From Leucoraja erinacea (lineage: Eukaryota), in contig NC_073389.1 in assembly GCF_028641065.1 (NCBI RefSeq), positions 22,940,001-23,004,000 on the forward strand: a stretch of 64,000 bases of DNA, read 5' to 3'. Each line of letters begins with the position of its first letter. The first letter of the stretch is position 1. This document shows, piece by piece, positions 1-10,405 of the stretch. Below the pieces are notes generated by a model. That model had not been told where the DNA came from, ran no database searches, and saw only the letters and a list, made by a program, of their open reading frames with translations. The translations under genes and the position numbers were made by a program.

Positions 1-345
1 GTTTCACTCTGGTAACTCCCACTTCTCCCCTCTCCCATCAGGCAAGTGGTACAGAAGTATGAAAACACATACCTCCAGATTCGGTGACAGTTTCTTCCCA
101 GCTGTTATCAGGCAATTGAACCATCCTATTAACAAACAGAGAGCAGTCCTGAGGTGCCATCTACCGCATTGGAGACCCTTGGACTATCGTTAATTGGACT
201 TTATCTTGCACTAAATAGTTTTCTTTTTATCCTGTGTATACTATACATGACTCGATTGTAATCGTGTATAGTCTTTTTGCTGATTGGATAGCATGCAATG
301 AAAAGCTTTTCACTGTGCCTCGGTACACATGACAGTAAACTAAAC
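1..345 (+). mobile_element. 3' end of a Rex1/L2-group LINE
   Basis: Degenerate PSGKWYRSMKTHTSRFGDSFFPAVIRQLN (LPSGRRYRS...SFFP motif), followed by a 3' UTR ending aaagcttttcactgtgcctcggtacacatgacagtaaactaaac. The same family recurs at 61240-61291 plus 62710-62945. Confidence 0.7.
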
Positions 346-888
346 GGATATGGTGTTGATCAGTTATCACAGTAGTCATTAGTGTAAATTCTTGCCATTA
401 GAAATGGAGCAATGAAACAAAGGAACAAATTGAACGAATTGAACACCTCCTCATCAAACAAATTTACAATGAATAATCACAAACAGAAGAATAATTTTTT
501 TTCTCCTGCTTTTTTATGAAAATGCTATATCATTGTGACTCCACTTAAAATGGAGAATTGGCAGTGAAGTTCTGGAACTGAAATGTTAGAGTTCTATATA
601 AATTCAGTCACTTTTATCAGAGAAAGAGGGTTGATTTAAAAAAAATAGAATATAACATTTTTATAACATTTCTTTCCATACACATTGGATAGAACATGAC
701 TGATGAACTAGGGAACACTACTGGTATTGAATGGGCAAAATTGGTTATAATGCAGTTTTGATCAGGAACTAAAGAAACACTTAGAAGTTACTTTGGAAAT
801 TGTTAAGCGGAAATAAAACTGTTTCGGGAATAAAACCATATGTGGAAAATAAAATTCTATGTAACTTCACTGCAGTGATTAGATACCA

Positions 889-2273
889 TCTCTCTATCTA
901 TCTTATTATATTACTAAAACTATCATCTTGTTTGTTTGTCTGTTTGTTTGTTTGTATGCATGTGTAATTTCCAGAAATTCTGCCAAAACGGTACACAATA
1001 GTGCTACAATTTTTGGCCCACCTTATTCACCATTGTCCTGCAGTGTGCATTAGCCAGGTTTTGTTCAGATTGATGGTATATTTTACAAGTTATTGACATT
1101 TTAAACTTTACAAAAAAACATTTTTCAAACCATTTTCCACTTGCCCTGCCCATCAGCCACCTTCGATGTCACAATGACGTCACAATGGGATCCCGAATCT
1201 CATTTACATTAAAAAATTGCGATTTTCATAAAAACTCAATTTTAACAAATTCTTCCAATTTCATTAACAGTTTTGACTCTGACATCTGGAGGAGAATGAG
1301 GAGTGCAGGGGAGAGATAAGACTTTGCCTTCCATCACAGTGTGGAGGAGATTCACTGTGATGGATGTTTGTGTAAATTGTGTGTCTTGGTTCTTTTTCTT
1401 GTGTGTATGACTGCAGAAACCAAATTTTGTTTGAACCTCAATGAGGTTCAAATGATAACAAATAAATTGTATCATTGTGTTAAGGTTGTTTAAAGAAAAA
1501 GAAGGTTATTTTCATTGAGAATTTCATTTAAAAAAAAAAGATTTTCATTTTTCATGCGATTTTCATTGTGGGTGGGATGGGGTTTCATTTCATTTTTAAA
1601 ACATCCCATTGTGTGGAGGGTGGGATAGGGGAGGGGTGAGGAGTGGGGGAGCAAAGGGATAGAGGGAGGAGGATGTAGGGAAGGGAGTGGGAGGGGAAAG
1701 AGGGGGAGGTCAGGAGGGAGAGTGGGGGAGGAGGGGGGATAGAGGGAGAGGAGGGGGGAAATAGGGGAAGTAGGGAGTGGGGGATAGAGGGTGAGGAGGG
1801 CAGTGGGGGAATTGAGGAGGGAGAGTGAAGGGGTGGGATAAGGGGAAGGTCAGGAGTGGGGGAGCAGGAGGATAGAGGGAGGAGAGGGGGTGGGGGGGAA
1901 GGGGTTATGGAGGGAGGGAGTTACAGGGTAGGGGAAAGGGGATGGAAGGAGAGGTGAGGGAGGGAGTGGGGAGGAGAGGGGGAAGAAGAGGGAGGATGAA
2001 GAGGAGGGGGAGGAAGAGGGATGGTGAGGTAATGGAGGAGGGGAGGGGGAAGAGAGGGGAGGGGTGAGGGGAGGAAGCAGAGGAGGGTTGGTGGAGGGTG
2101 GGAAGAGGGAGGATAATGGAGATGGGGAATAAGGGACTGAAGAGGGAGAGTGAGATGCATATTGCCATATTAAACTTTAAAAAGTCAGCTGCTCCTGCTC
2201 AGTTGGGGGCAATGGGTGAGTGGTGAAATATTGCATTGGGGGAATGGGGTCCAACGGGTCCCACTTGGTCTAG
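889..2273 (+). mobile_element. Non-autonomous Helitron, copy 1
   Basis: 5' A|TCTCTCTATCTATCTTATTATATTACTAAAAC. 3' imperfect hairpin GGGGTCC-AAC-GGGTCCC, then ACTTGGT-CTAG|T. Inserted at A|T with no TSD. Both ends are shared with 4625-6699 and 29346-30122. Confidence 0.75.
1610..2155 (+). repeat. Polypurine (G/A-rich) low-complexity tract inside Helitron copy 1
   Basis: About 550 bp that is overwhelmingly G and A, with many GGG and longer G runs. Confidence 0.9.
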
Positions 2274-2548
2274 TTATCCTTTAAAGACAAACCTGCAGGT
2301 TTCACTGTAGATGGCCATTAATATTGAGCAATGACTTCTATTGACACGTGCAACAATACTTTATTAAACAATGTAACATCCAGCCTTGTCTATTTTTTGC
2401 ACTAAAATAAACTTGTAGTTATTACAAGGACAATTTTATTGAAAAGCCAGCATGCAAAATAATTTTGTTATTCTGAAACTGAAACACTCTGGCCCTTATG
2501 GCCCTGTTTTAGGAACGCAACCATCACATTATGGGAGAACCGCATATA

Positions 2549-2660
2549 CAAATCCCTCCACAATGTTTGGGACAAAGACGCATCATTTATTTATTTTCCT
2601 CTGTACTCCACAATTTGAGATTTGTAATAGAAAAAAATCACAATGTACTATGTGCTAAAC
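2549..2660 (+). mobile_element. Tc1/mariner terminal inverted repeat fragment
   Basis: TA|CAAATCCCTCCACAATGTTTGGGACAAAGAC...CTCTGTACTCCACAATTTGAGAT, matching the reverse complement of 46150-46247. Confidence 0.65.
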
Positions 2661-2909
2661 AATTTAAAATAAATGCAATGTATTTAAGGAATGTTTTGGA
2701 TCAGAGCTCAAACTTTATGTGAATATGGGTTTTAATGCTGAGTTGGGCAGCTGGGATCAAGAGAGATCGGGTAGCTTTACAAATAACATATCAGCAAGGT
2801 TGGAGGAAATGAGTTATGGTTCAATAATGTAGGTTTTCACATTTCCCAACTCCTGCTTCTAACCACAGCTGGTGCTTCGGACGACTGATTCACAACCTTA
2901 TCTGACCTA

Positions 2910-3055
2910 GATGTAGTCAAGAGAGTTAGATATAGCTCTTGGGGCTAATGGAATCAAAGGATATAAGGACAAAGCAGGAATTGATTTTGGATGATCAGCC
3001 ATGATCATATTAAATGGTGGTGCTGGCTCACCCTGCACCTATTTTCTACGTTTCT
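2910..3055 (+). mobile_element. CR1 LINE 3' UTR fragment
   Basis: caagagagttagatatagctcttggggctaatggaatcaaagga...gatgatcagccatgatcatatt...cctgcacctattttct, the same as the 3' ends at 10260-10400 and 62545-62700. Confidence 0.75.
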
Positions 3056-4204
3056 AAAGGCACAGGGTTCCCTTGAACAATCTCAGATCCAGTTTCCAGA
3101 CTCCATCACTTGGACTTGGATCTGTCTTAATGATGGAAAATAAAGGTTTCATTTCACTCCTGCCATCGGGAAGAAGATGTAGGAGTCTGAAAACTGAGAT
3201 TCAGGAACAGCTTCTTCCCAACAACCATCCAGTTCTTGAACACTACAGATATCACTACACCACAAGCTACAAACTGGCTTGGTTGCACTAGGGAATTCTG
3301 GCTTTTTTTGCGCTAATATTGTTTTGTAAATTTATTTTACTTTTTTTGTTAATTATATTATCTATTAGTGTTGTGTTTACAAACCTGTGATGCTGCTGCA
3401 AGTAAAAGATTAATTATTCCATTTTCAATACATAAGACAATTAAACACTTGACGGTTGACTTGACTATTTACTACTGGAGTAACTCAGTAGGTAAGATGG
3501 CATTTCTTGATGACATGGAAAGGTGACATTTCGGGTTTGGACCCTTCTTCAGACTTCATATATACGTTGGCTTGCAGTTTCATGGTATGATTTACTTAGA
3601 AAAACTGATAATTTGTGTATATTTATTTGTTGTATTGGTTCATTTGATGTGTCTGTAAAGTTGCACCAAGTAAGAATTTCATTGCTCTAGTCCTGGTGCA
3701 TATAACAATTAAACACTCTTGATTCTATTGATATTTGAAATATGTGGAGACATCGGATTTTCTATGAGGCTGACCATGTGAAGTGTGTGATTATGCTGTT
3801 TGGTCAGTTAGTGCAAAATTAGTGAACTTTACATTGGGCACATAATGGAAGATAGAGGATAATGGGATGAGAACAGAGTCTTACTGGTGATAATCTGGAA
3901 AGAGATGTGGAGGACAGAAAGATGAGCATTGGTTGAAAGCTAGGTTCAGGAATTTTAAATTAAAATTGCCAGACTATGGGAAGATAGACTTGGCCTATGA
4001 ACTATTAGTGGAGTGTGATGATGGCAGGTGCTCTCCAAGAACTTTACTTTTCTGAGCAGAGCGCCTAATGCGAGCATTGAAATACACCTTTGAAACACCA
4101 GAGTGCTTTTGTGATGAGGCTGGCTTTTCTTATAAAGATACAATTTCGTGCTTGTAAGCCCTGCTTTACTTGTCAAGACTGAAAAGTAAGACACTTGATA
4201 TTTG

Positions 4205-4420
4205 ATGCAGAAGGCTGTGCATTCAAGGCCTGCTGTGGGACTTGAGCACTTAATCTAGGTTGACACTTTGACAAGACAGAACGCCTTGAGAGACTTTAAA
4301 CTGAAACTTGGTCTGCTCTAGATCAGCAAAAATGATTTTGCTGTATATTTCCCAAAAGTTGGAGTTCCCATCAGTCTTGGAAGGTGTTTATTCCTCAAAT
4401 ATCAGTAAAGCTGATTAATA
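4205..4420 (+). mobile_element. Old DeuSINE-like (SacSINE1/AmnSINE-related) fragment
   Basis: cagaaggctgtgcattcaaggcc...gacttgagcacttaatctaggttgacact...gagactttaaactgaaac...tttattcctcaa follows my recollection of the shark DeuSINE layout. Highly diverged. Confidence 0.45.
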
Positions 4421-4842
4421 ACATTTCAAAACAATAACAAGAACCATTGTAAATATTCAACAGTTCAGGTATAGAAAGGATGGTTATTAATTTTTCAGAG
4501 TAATACAACCCAAATAGTCCAGTAACATGGTAATTTTAGTATTTCTAAGTAAAACTCAACCTTCTTCTTTGCCAAAACAATAATTGATGCTTCAGTTTTG
4601 CTTGATAGGAATATTTGGAGGTTATCTATATTACTAAAAGTAAAGTCTTGACCACTTTTTGTTTTCTGTTTCATGATTTTTGAAAAAAAAACGCTGCAAC
4701 TTACGGCTGTGATTTTTGACATTTTACTCAGAGTCCCCCTCCACTGCACAGGACAAGTGGATTTTTCCCATCAATTAAAAATAAAAGACTTATTAATGTT
4801 TTTTTTTTAAATGACAATCTCTTTGCTGCCCATGCTGGTGGG

Positions 4843-4892
4843 AGGGGGGAGGGACTATAAAACCCGGAAATGTTGTGCCTCACTCAGTCTCT
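4843..4892 (+). promoter_or_regulatory. Putative Pol II core promoter (G-rich box, TATAAAA, ETS-like CCGGAA, Inr) carried in a Helitron
   Basis: GGGGGAGGGAC-TATAAAA (4856)-CCCGGAAA...C-TCAGTCT with the Inr A at 4886 (+30). The same layout occurs at 5613/5642 (+29) and on the minus strand at 29894/29864 (+30). Function is untested. Confidence 0.45.
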
Positions 4893-5011
4893 GCAAGATG
4901 GAGGAAGCGTGAGGGTCACGTCTCTCTGAGCTGTGAATAACACTGAACACATGTCTACTCAACTGTGACTGCCTTAATGTGGTTTGAAAATGAAAATGTG
5001 GTTGCTTTCAA

Positions 5012-5380
5012 CGGCTGCACTGCAAATGGTTGTTGTTGGTGGTGGTAACTGCTTTGAAATGCTGCGCTGCAAAAATGGTTGTTGTTGGTGGAGTTAACTG
5101 CTTTGAAATGCTGCGCTGCAAAAATGGTTGTTGTTGGTGGTGGTAACTGGTTTGAAATGCTGCGCTGCAAAAATGGTTGTTGGTGGTGGTGGTAACTGCT
5201 TTGAAACGCTGCGCTGCAAAAATGGTTGTTGATGGTGGTGGTAACTGCTTTGAAATGCTGCGCTGCAAAAAGGGTTGGTGGTGGTGGTAACTGCTCTGAA
5301 ATGCTGCACTGCAAAAATGGTTGGTGGTGGTGGTGGTAACTGCTTTGAAATGCTGCACTGCAAAAATGGTTGTTGGTGGA
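5012..5380. repeat. Minisatellite, about 49-bp unit, about 7.5 copies
   Basis: Unit aaaaatggttgttgttggtggtggtaactgctttgaaatgctgcgctgc repeated head to tail. Confidence 0.92.
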
Positions 5381-5782
5381 AACCTGACAACTTCCTGTTT
5401 GCACTGTATATTGATTTTAGATAAAACGATACCACTTACAGCTGTGATTTTTGGCCATCTTACTCAGTCCCCCACCGCTCATCAGGTGCAGAGGATTCTT
5501 ACCATCAATTAAAAATAAAAGTGTTATTAGTGTTTAAAACAATGTTGAAAATCTCTCTCCTGTCAATCACGCCATGAAGGCCACGCCCCTTCCAGTTGGA
5601 GGGGGGAGGGATTATAAAACCCAGAATTGTGGGTGTGGCTCAGTCTCTGCAAGATGGGGAAGGGAGAAGTCATGACTGTCTGTGCTGAGAATCAACTGAA
5701 CACACCGAATGTCTACTGAACTGTGAGTGTGGTGTTTATGTGGTGTTTTGTGTGGTTTTATAGTGGTTTTATGGTGGTTTCG

Positions 5783-6418
5783 CCCTGCTTGAAATGGTAT
5801 GAAACTGCATTTGAATTTGGTGGCCTTGCACCCTACATGAAATGGTATGAAACTGCACATGAATTCGGTGGCCTTGCACCCTGCTTGATTTGGTCAATTT
5901 GGTTGCTTTGCACCCTGCTTGAAGTGGTATGAAACTGCACTTGAATTTGGTGACCTTGCACCCTGCTTGAAATAGCATGAAACCGCACTTGAATTTGGTG
6001 GCCTTGAACCCTGCTTGAAGTGGCATGAAACTGCACTTGAATTTGGTGGCCTTGCACCCTGCTTGAAGTGGCAGGAAACTGCAGGAAACTGCAAATGAGT
6101 TTGGTGGCCTTGCACCCGACATGAAATGGTATGAAACTGCACTTGAATTCGGTGGCCTTGCACCCTGCTTGAAATGGCATGAAATTGCACTTTAATTTGG
6201 TTGTTTTGCACCCTGCTTGAAGTGGTATGAAACTGCATTTGAATTTGGTGGCCTTGCACCCTGCTTGAAATGGCATGAAACTGCAATTGAATTTGGTGGC
6301 CTTGCACCCTGCTTGAAGTGGTAAGAAACTGCACTTGAATCTGGTGGCCTTGCACCCTGCTTGAAATGTTAGGAAACTGCATTTGAATTTGGTTGCCTTG
6401 CACCCTGCTTGAAATGGA
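5783..6418. repeat. Minisatellite, 48-bp unit, about 13 copies
   Basis: Unit cctgcttgaaatggtatgaaactgcacttgaatttggtggccttgcac. It gives the 16-aa periodic ORFs (FQAGCKATKFKCSF..) on the minus strand. Confidence 0.93.
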
Positions 6419-7058
6419 ATTTCAAGGAATAGCCGTGAGTCAACTACTAGCCCACTAACCATGAGTGAGCTGCCAGCACATCAGCCTTGAGTGACTGAGC
6501 TGCCACCCCAAGAATCCATTTGGCCCACAATACTAGCCCTCTGGAAAACAGTCCCTTCAGCCCACAATACCCATACTAGTGCTCTAGAAAGCCCCTCCAC
6601 TGGCCACCAATATTGCAATTGGTGGAGAGGTGGAATATTGCTTTGGGGGACCAGCCCTCCAGTGTGAACATGGGACCCAACGGGTCCCACTTAGTCTAGT
6701 AAATGATGTTATTATCCAAATAATAATTAGTCACTTTCAAATGTTTTGGGTCAAAATGTATAGCACGCATTGAATCTGTTGGAGAAGCTGATTGACTGAA
6801 AAACTGGGAATTAGAAGTGGCAGTTGGGAGAAGAAACTCAGGAAATATACAGTGTTACGATTGCCAAAGAAGCGATGCTCAGCAAATTGTTGAATCTGTG
6901 GGGTGGCAAGTTAATAGTCCAAGGACACGCCATGCTGGAGTAACTCATTGGATGAGGCAGCATTTCTGGAGAACATGGATAGGTGACGTTTTGGGTAGGG
7001 CCATTTCTTCAGACAGATTTCCATGTTCTCCAGAGATGCTACCTAACCTGCTGAGTTA

Positions 7059-9054
7059 ATAATAATAATAATAATAATAAACTTTATTACGGACTCAAGG
7101 TCCAGACAAGGGACAACATTACATTAAAAATGCATTGCATATCAAATATCATAAATATATATAAAATCATGGTATATCACATAAAAACATCATAATTTAT
7201 ATTTAACAAAAACCCACAATACTTAAGTTAAAAATCCAGATTAAAAGATGATCAATGTCCTACAACGAGACAACGATACCAGTGTCTCCACAACTGGGAT
7301 TCGTAGCGTGTAGTGCTAACCCTTGTGTTTGTCAAGGCCACAATAAGCACATTTTTAGAGTCATTTATCCTGCAAATGAATTTATACATGTGGTGTCTTA
7401 GGATAGCTTCTAAAGTACTGACCCCTGCAGCCACAAACATATTACTGACACTACACCATCTAGGTTGCCTTAGCAGTGTTCTCATGGCGTCGTTATATGC
7501 CACCTTTAGTCTCTGCATACTTTTCTTTAAATAGTTCAACCACAGGTGCGCAGTGTAGAGGGGTGTGCAGTGTGCTCTGAATAGCGACATCTTCACCACA
7601 TCTGCACACGCACCAAATTTACGCAAGAGGATATTTGCCTGTACATACAGCATGCGTCGTTGCCTATAAATATCCTCATCATCTGTCATTTGTTCTGTAA
7701 TAATATGCCCTAGATATTTTATCTTATTACAGACACTAAGATTGTTGTCAGACAATTCAAAAACAGGATATTTTAGGCATTTATCCTCTTTGGTTCTACA
7801 GACCATAACAGCACTCTTACTAGCATTATATTTAATGTCATATTCCACACCATACACGGAACATATAGTAAGGAGCTGCTGGAGACCAGCACTAGATGGA
7901 CTAAAGACCACAAGATCATCTGCATATATAATATGGTTCACTAAAATATTACCAATCACACACCCAGTGTTACAGGCTTTCAATTGTTTAGACAGATCAT
8001 CAATATATAGATTAAAAAGGACTGGGGACAAAATTCCCCCTTGTCTAACACCATTGCTAACCCCAAATGGGGCTGAGACCCTATTGCCCCATTTTATTTG
8101 CATAGTCTGGTGGGCATACCAGTAGGCCAGAATTCTAACAATGTATTCAGGCACCCCTCTTTGACTCATTTTACCAAACAGCTTTCTGTGATTAACACGG
8201 TCAAAGGCTTTGGAAGCATCAATAAAGCACATAAGGATTGAAGAGTTTTTGCCTCTATATTTGTTTACAATCTCCTTTAGGGCATATATGCATGTCAAAC
8301 TGGTTATCTGTGGAGTTAACAAACTCATTTATTCTATCCAGCAGAACTCTTTCTAAAACTTTTGACACTATGCGGGCTAAAGCTATGGGCCTGTAATTAT
8401 TTAGGCTGCCTACTTTACCAGCTTTGTCCTTAATGACCAGCACTAACAGGACAGACAACATTGAGTCTGGTAACAAGCCATGAATCATAAAGCCAGTAAA
8501 ACAAATAGCTAGGAGAGGAGCTATCCTCACACTCGCATACTTAAGATGTTCAGCAGAGATATGATCCAAGCCACTTGCTTTGTTGTTGGACAGCTTGTTC
8601 ATGGCATGATACACCTCATGTGACATAATCACCATCGAGTCATTATTCTCAATATTTTCCACCCTATACAAGTCACCTTGGACACAGTTGAATAAAGTAC
8701 TATAATGTTGTCGCCATAACTCCACGATATTAGCTGTTCCGGAGATTCCATCTACAGTACTTGGTAGAGATGTTTTGCAACTGCTAAGAGCTCTCACTTT
8801 CTTCCAAAAATCAGTAGCATTGTTACTTAGCAGCTTCTTAGCCATGGAATCAGCCCTCATAGCTTGCTCATTTTTACAGATGAAGCGAACAGCATACTTA
8901 TACCTTGCATTAGTGAGCTTATTGTACTCAAACACAAGCCCCTGTCTGGGTCTACCTGCCATAGCCCATGATTTGGTGGCTTCATGGGCTTCAGTATGAT
9001 GCTCAGCTACATACTGATTCCAGCCAGGTCTGATGTTATGTGTCTTATTTTTAT
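7059..9054 (-). mobile_element. 5'-truncated RTEX-like (RTE superclade) non-LTR retrotransposon, RT region nearly intact
   Basis: ORFs 8255-8962 and 7252-8328 carry the RT motifs KASGLDHISAEHLK, NYRPIAL, FIDASKAFDRVNH, GVRQGGILSPVLFNLYIDDL, YADD and KYLG. Upstream is RPGWNQYV..H..A...W..AGRPRQG, which I associate with RTEX. The 3' end is GGACCTTGAGTCCGTAATAAAG followed by a (TTA)n tail. GTTA flanks both sides (7055-7058 and 9055-9058). Confidence 0.85.
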
Positions 9055-9119
9055 GTTACTGCGGCACCGTCTTTTTTTGTAAACCAGCATCTGCAGTTCC
9101 TTGCTTCCACAAGTTAATG

Positions 9120-10405
9120 GTCCAGATAGATCATTATTTTACAATGTTTCTAAGTGACTTGGATGAAGGTACCAAAGGAATGATTGCCAAATTTTGCTGA
9201 TGACACAAAGATAGGTGAAAGATAAGTTGTGCACATGGATGCCACGAAAAGATATAGAAAAATTAAGTGCAGGAAAACATCTGGGAAATAGTATATAATG
9301 TGGGAAGATCTGAAATTCTCCATTTTAGCATGAAGAATGAAAAAGAAGCATATTTAAAGGGTGAGAAAGGGGCTCTGGGTATCATACTGCATGATTCATA
9401 AAAGATTAATGCGTAGGTGCAACAAGTAATTTGGAAAGCTAGCAGGAAGTTATGTTTTATTGATAGGGGAATTGAATACGAGGATAGGGAGGTAATGCCT
9501 CAGTTACAAAGAGCATTAGCGACACCACACCTGGTATAGTGTACAGTTTCGATCTCCATATTTAAAGATGTTAGTTAAGAGTAGGTTCATTGAACAAAAA
9601 GCTGGAATGGGTGAGATTTCATATATGGAAAAGCTTATATACAGAAGTGAGAGGTGAAATATACAAGGGTCTGAGAGCCTTGTCAGGGTGAATATGGAGA
9701 GGACATTCACTGTGGGGAAATTCCGAACTAGGCACCAGCGTTTAAAAAAAAATAAAGGCTTACCCATTTAAGGCGGAGATGAGGCCATTTTCTTTCAGGG
9801 GGACATGAGGCTGGAGATCTATTCCTGAAAACGCAGTGAAAATAGTGGGAAAGGAGAGATTGACATGAATGGGGAGATATGATTATCATCCAATCAGCCA
9901 TGATCTTGTTAAATGGTGGAGCAGGCGTTTGAGGGAGTGCAGCGTAGGTTCACCAGGTTAATTCCCGGGATGGTGAGACTGACATATGATGAAAGAATGG
10001 GTCGACTGGGCGTGGATTCACTGGAATTTAGAAGGATGAGAGGGGATTTTAAAGAAATATAAAATTCTAAGGGATTGGACAGGCAAGATGAAAGAAAAAT
10101 GTTCCGATGTTGGGGGAGTCCAGAACCTGGGTTCACAGTTTAAGAATAAGGGGTGGGCCATTTAGGACTGAGATGAGGAAAAACATTTTCACTCAGAGCT
10201 ATGAATCTGTGGAATTCTCTGCCCCAGAAGGCAGTGGAGGCTAATTCACTGGATGTTTTCAAGAGAGTTAGAGCTCTTAAGGCTAATGGAATCAAGGAAT
10301 CTGGGGAAAAAGCAGGAACGGGGTACTGATTTTGGATGATCAGCCATGATCATATTGAATGGCGGTGCTGGCTCGAAGGGCCGAATGGACTACTCCTGCA
10401 CATAT
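9120..10405 (+). mobile_element. Two adjacent degenerate CR1 LINE fragments (older 9120-9920, younger 9920-10405)
   Basis: aattttgctgatgacacaaagataggt (FADDTK), accacacctgg...tgtgtacagttt (RPHLEYCVQF-like), VQRRFTRLIPGM, and a CR1 3' UTR ending ggctcgaagggccgaatggactactcctgcac. Confidence 0.8.

Larger units (their letters stand above)
4625..6699 (+). mobile_element. Non-autonomous Helitron, copy 2, with duplicated internal module and two minisatellites
   Basis: 5' A|TCTATATTACTAAAAGTAAAGTCTTGACCACT. 3' perfect hairpin TGGGACCC-AAC-GGGTCCCA (6671-6689), then CTTAGT-CTAG|T. No TSD. Confidence 0.82.

Noticed and set aside
1905-2168. Pro/Leu/Ser-rich ORFs
   Set aside because: They are translations of the low-complexity purine tract.
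5783-6418. CRISPR-like regular array
   Set aside because: The units are contiguous 48-bp tandem copies with no unique spacers, there are no cas genes, and the context is vertebrate. It is a minisatellite.
4955-6462. Long overlapping ORFs (113-209 aa) with periodic His/Gln/Cys sequences
   Set aside because: They are artefacts of stop-poor tandem repeats, open in several frames, with no splice or domain evidence.
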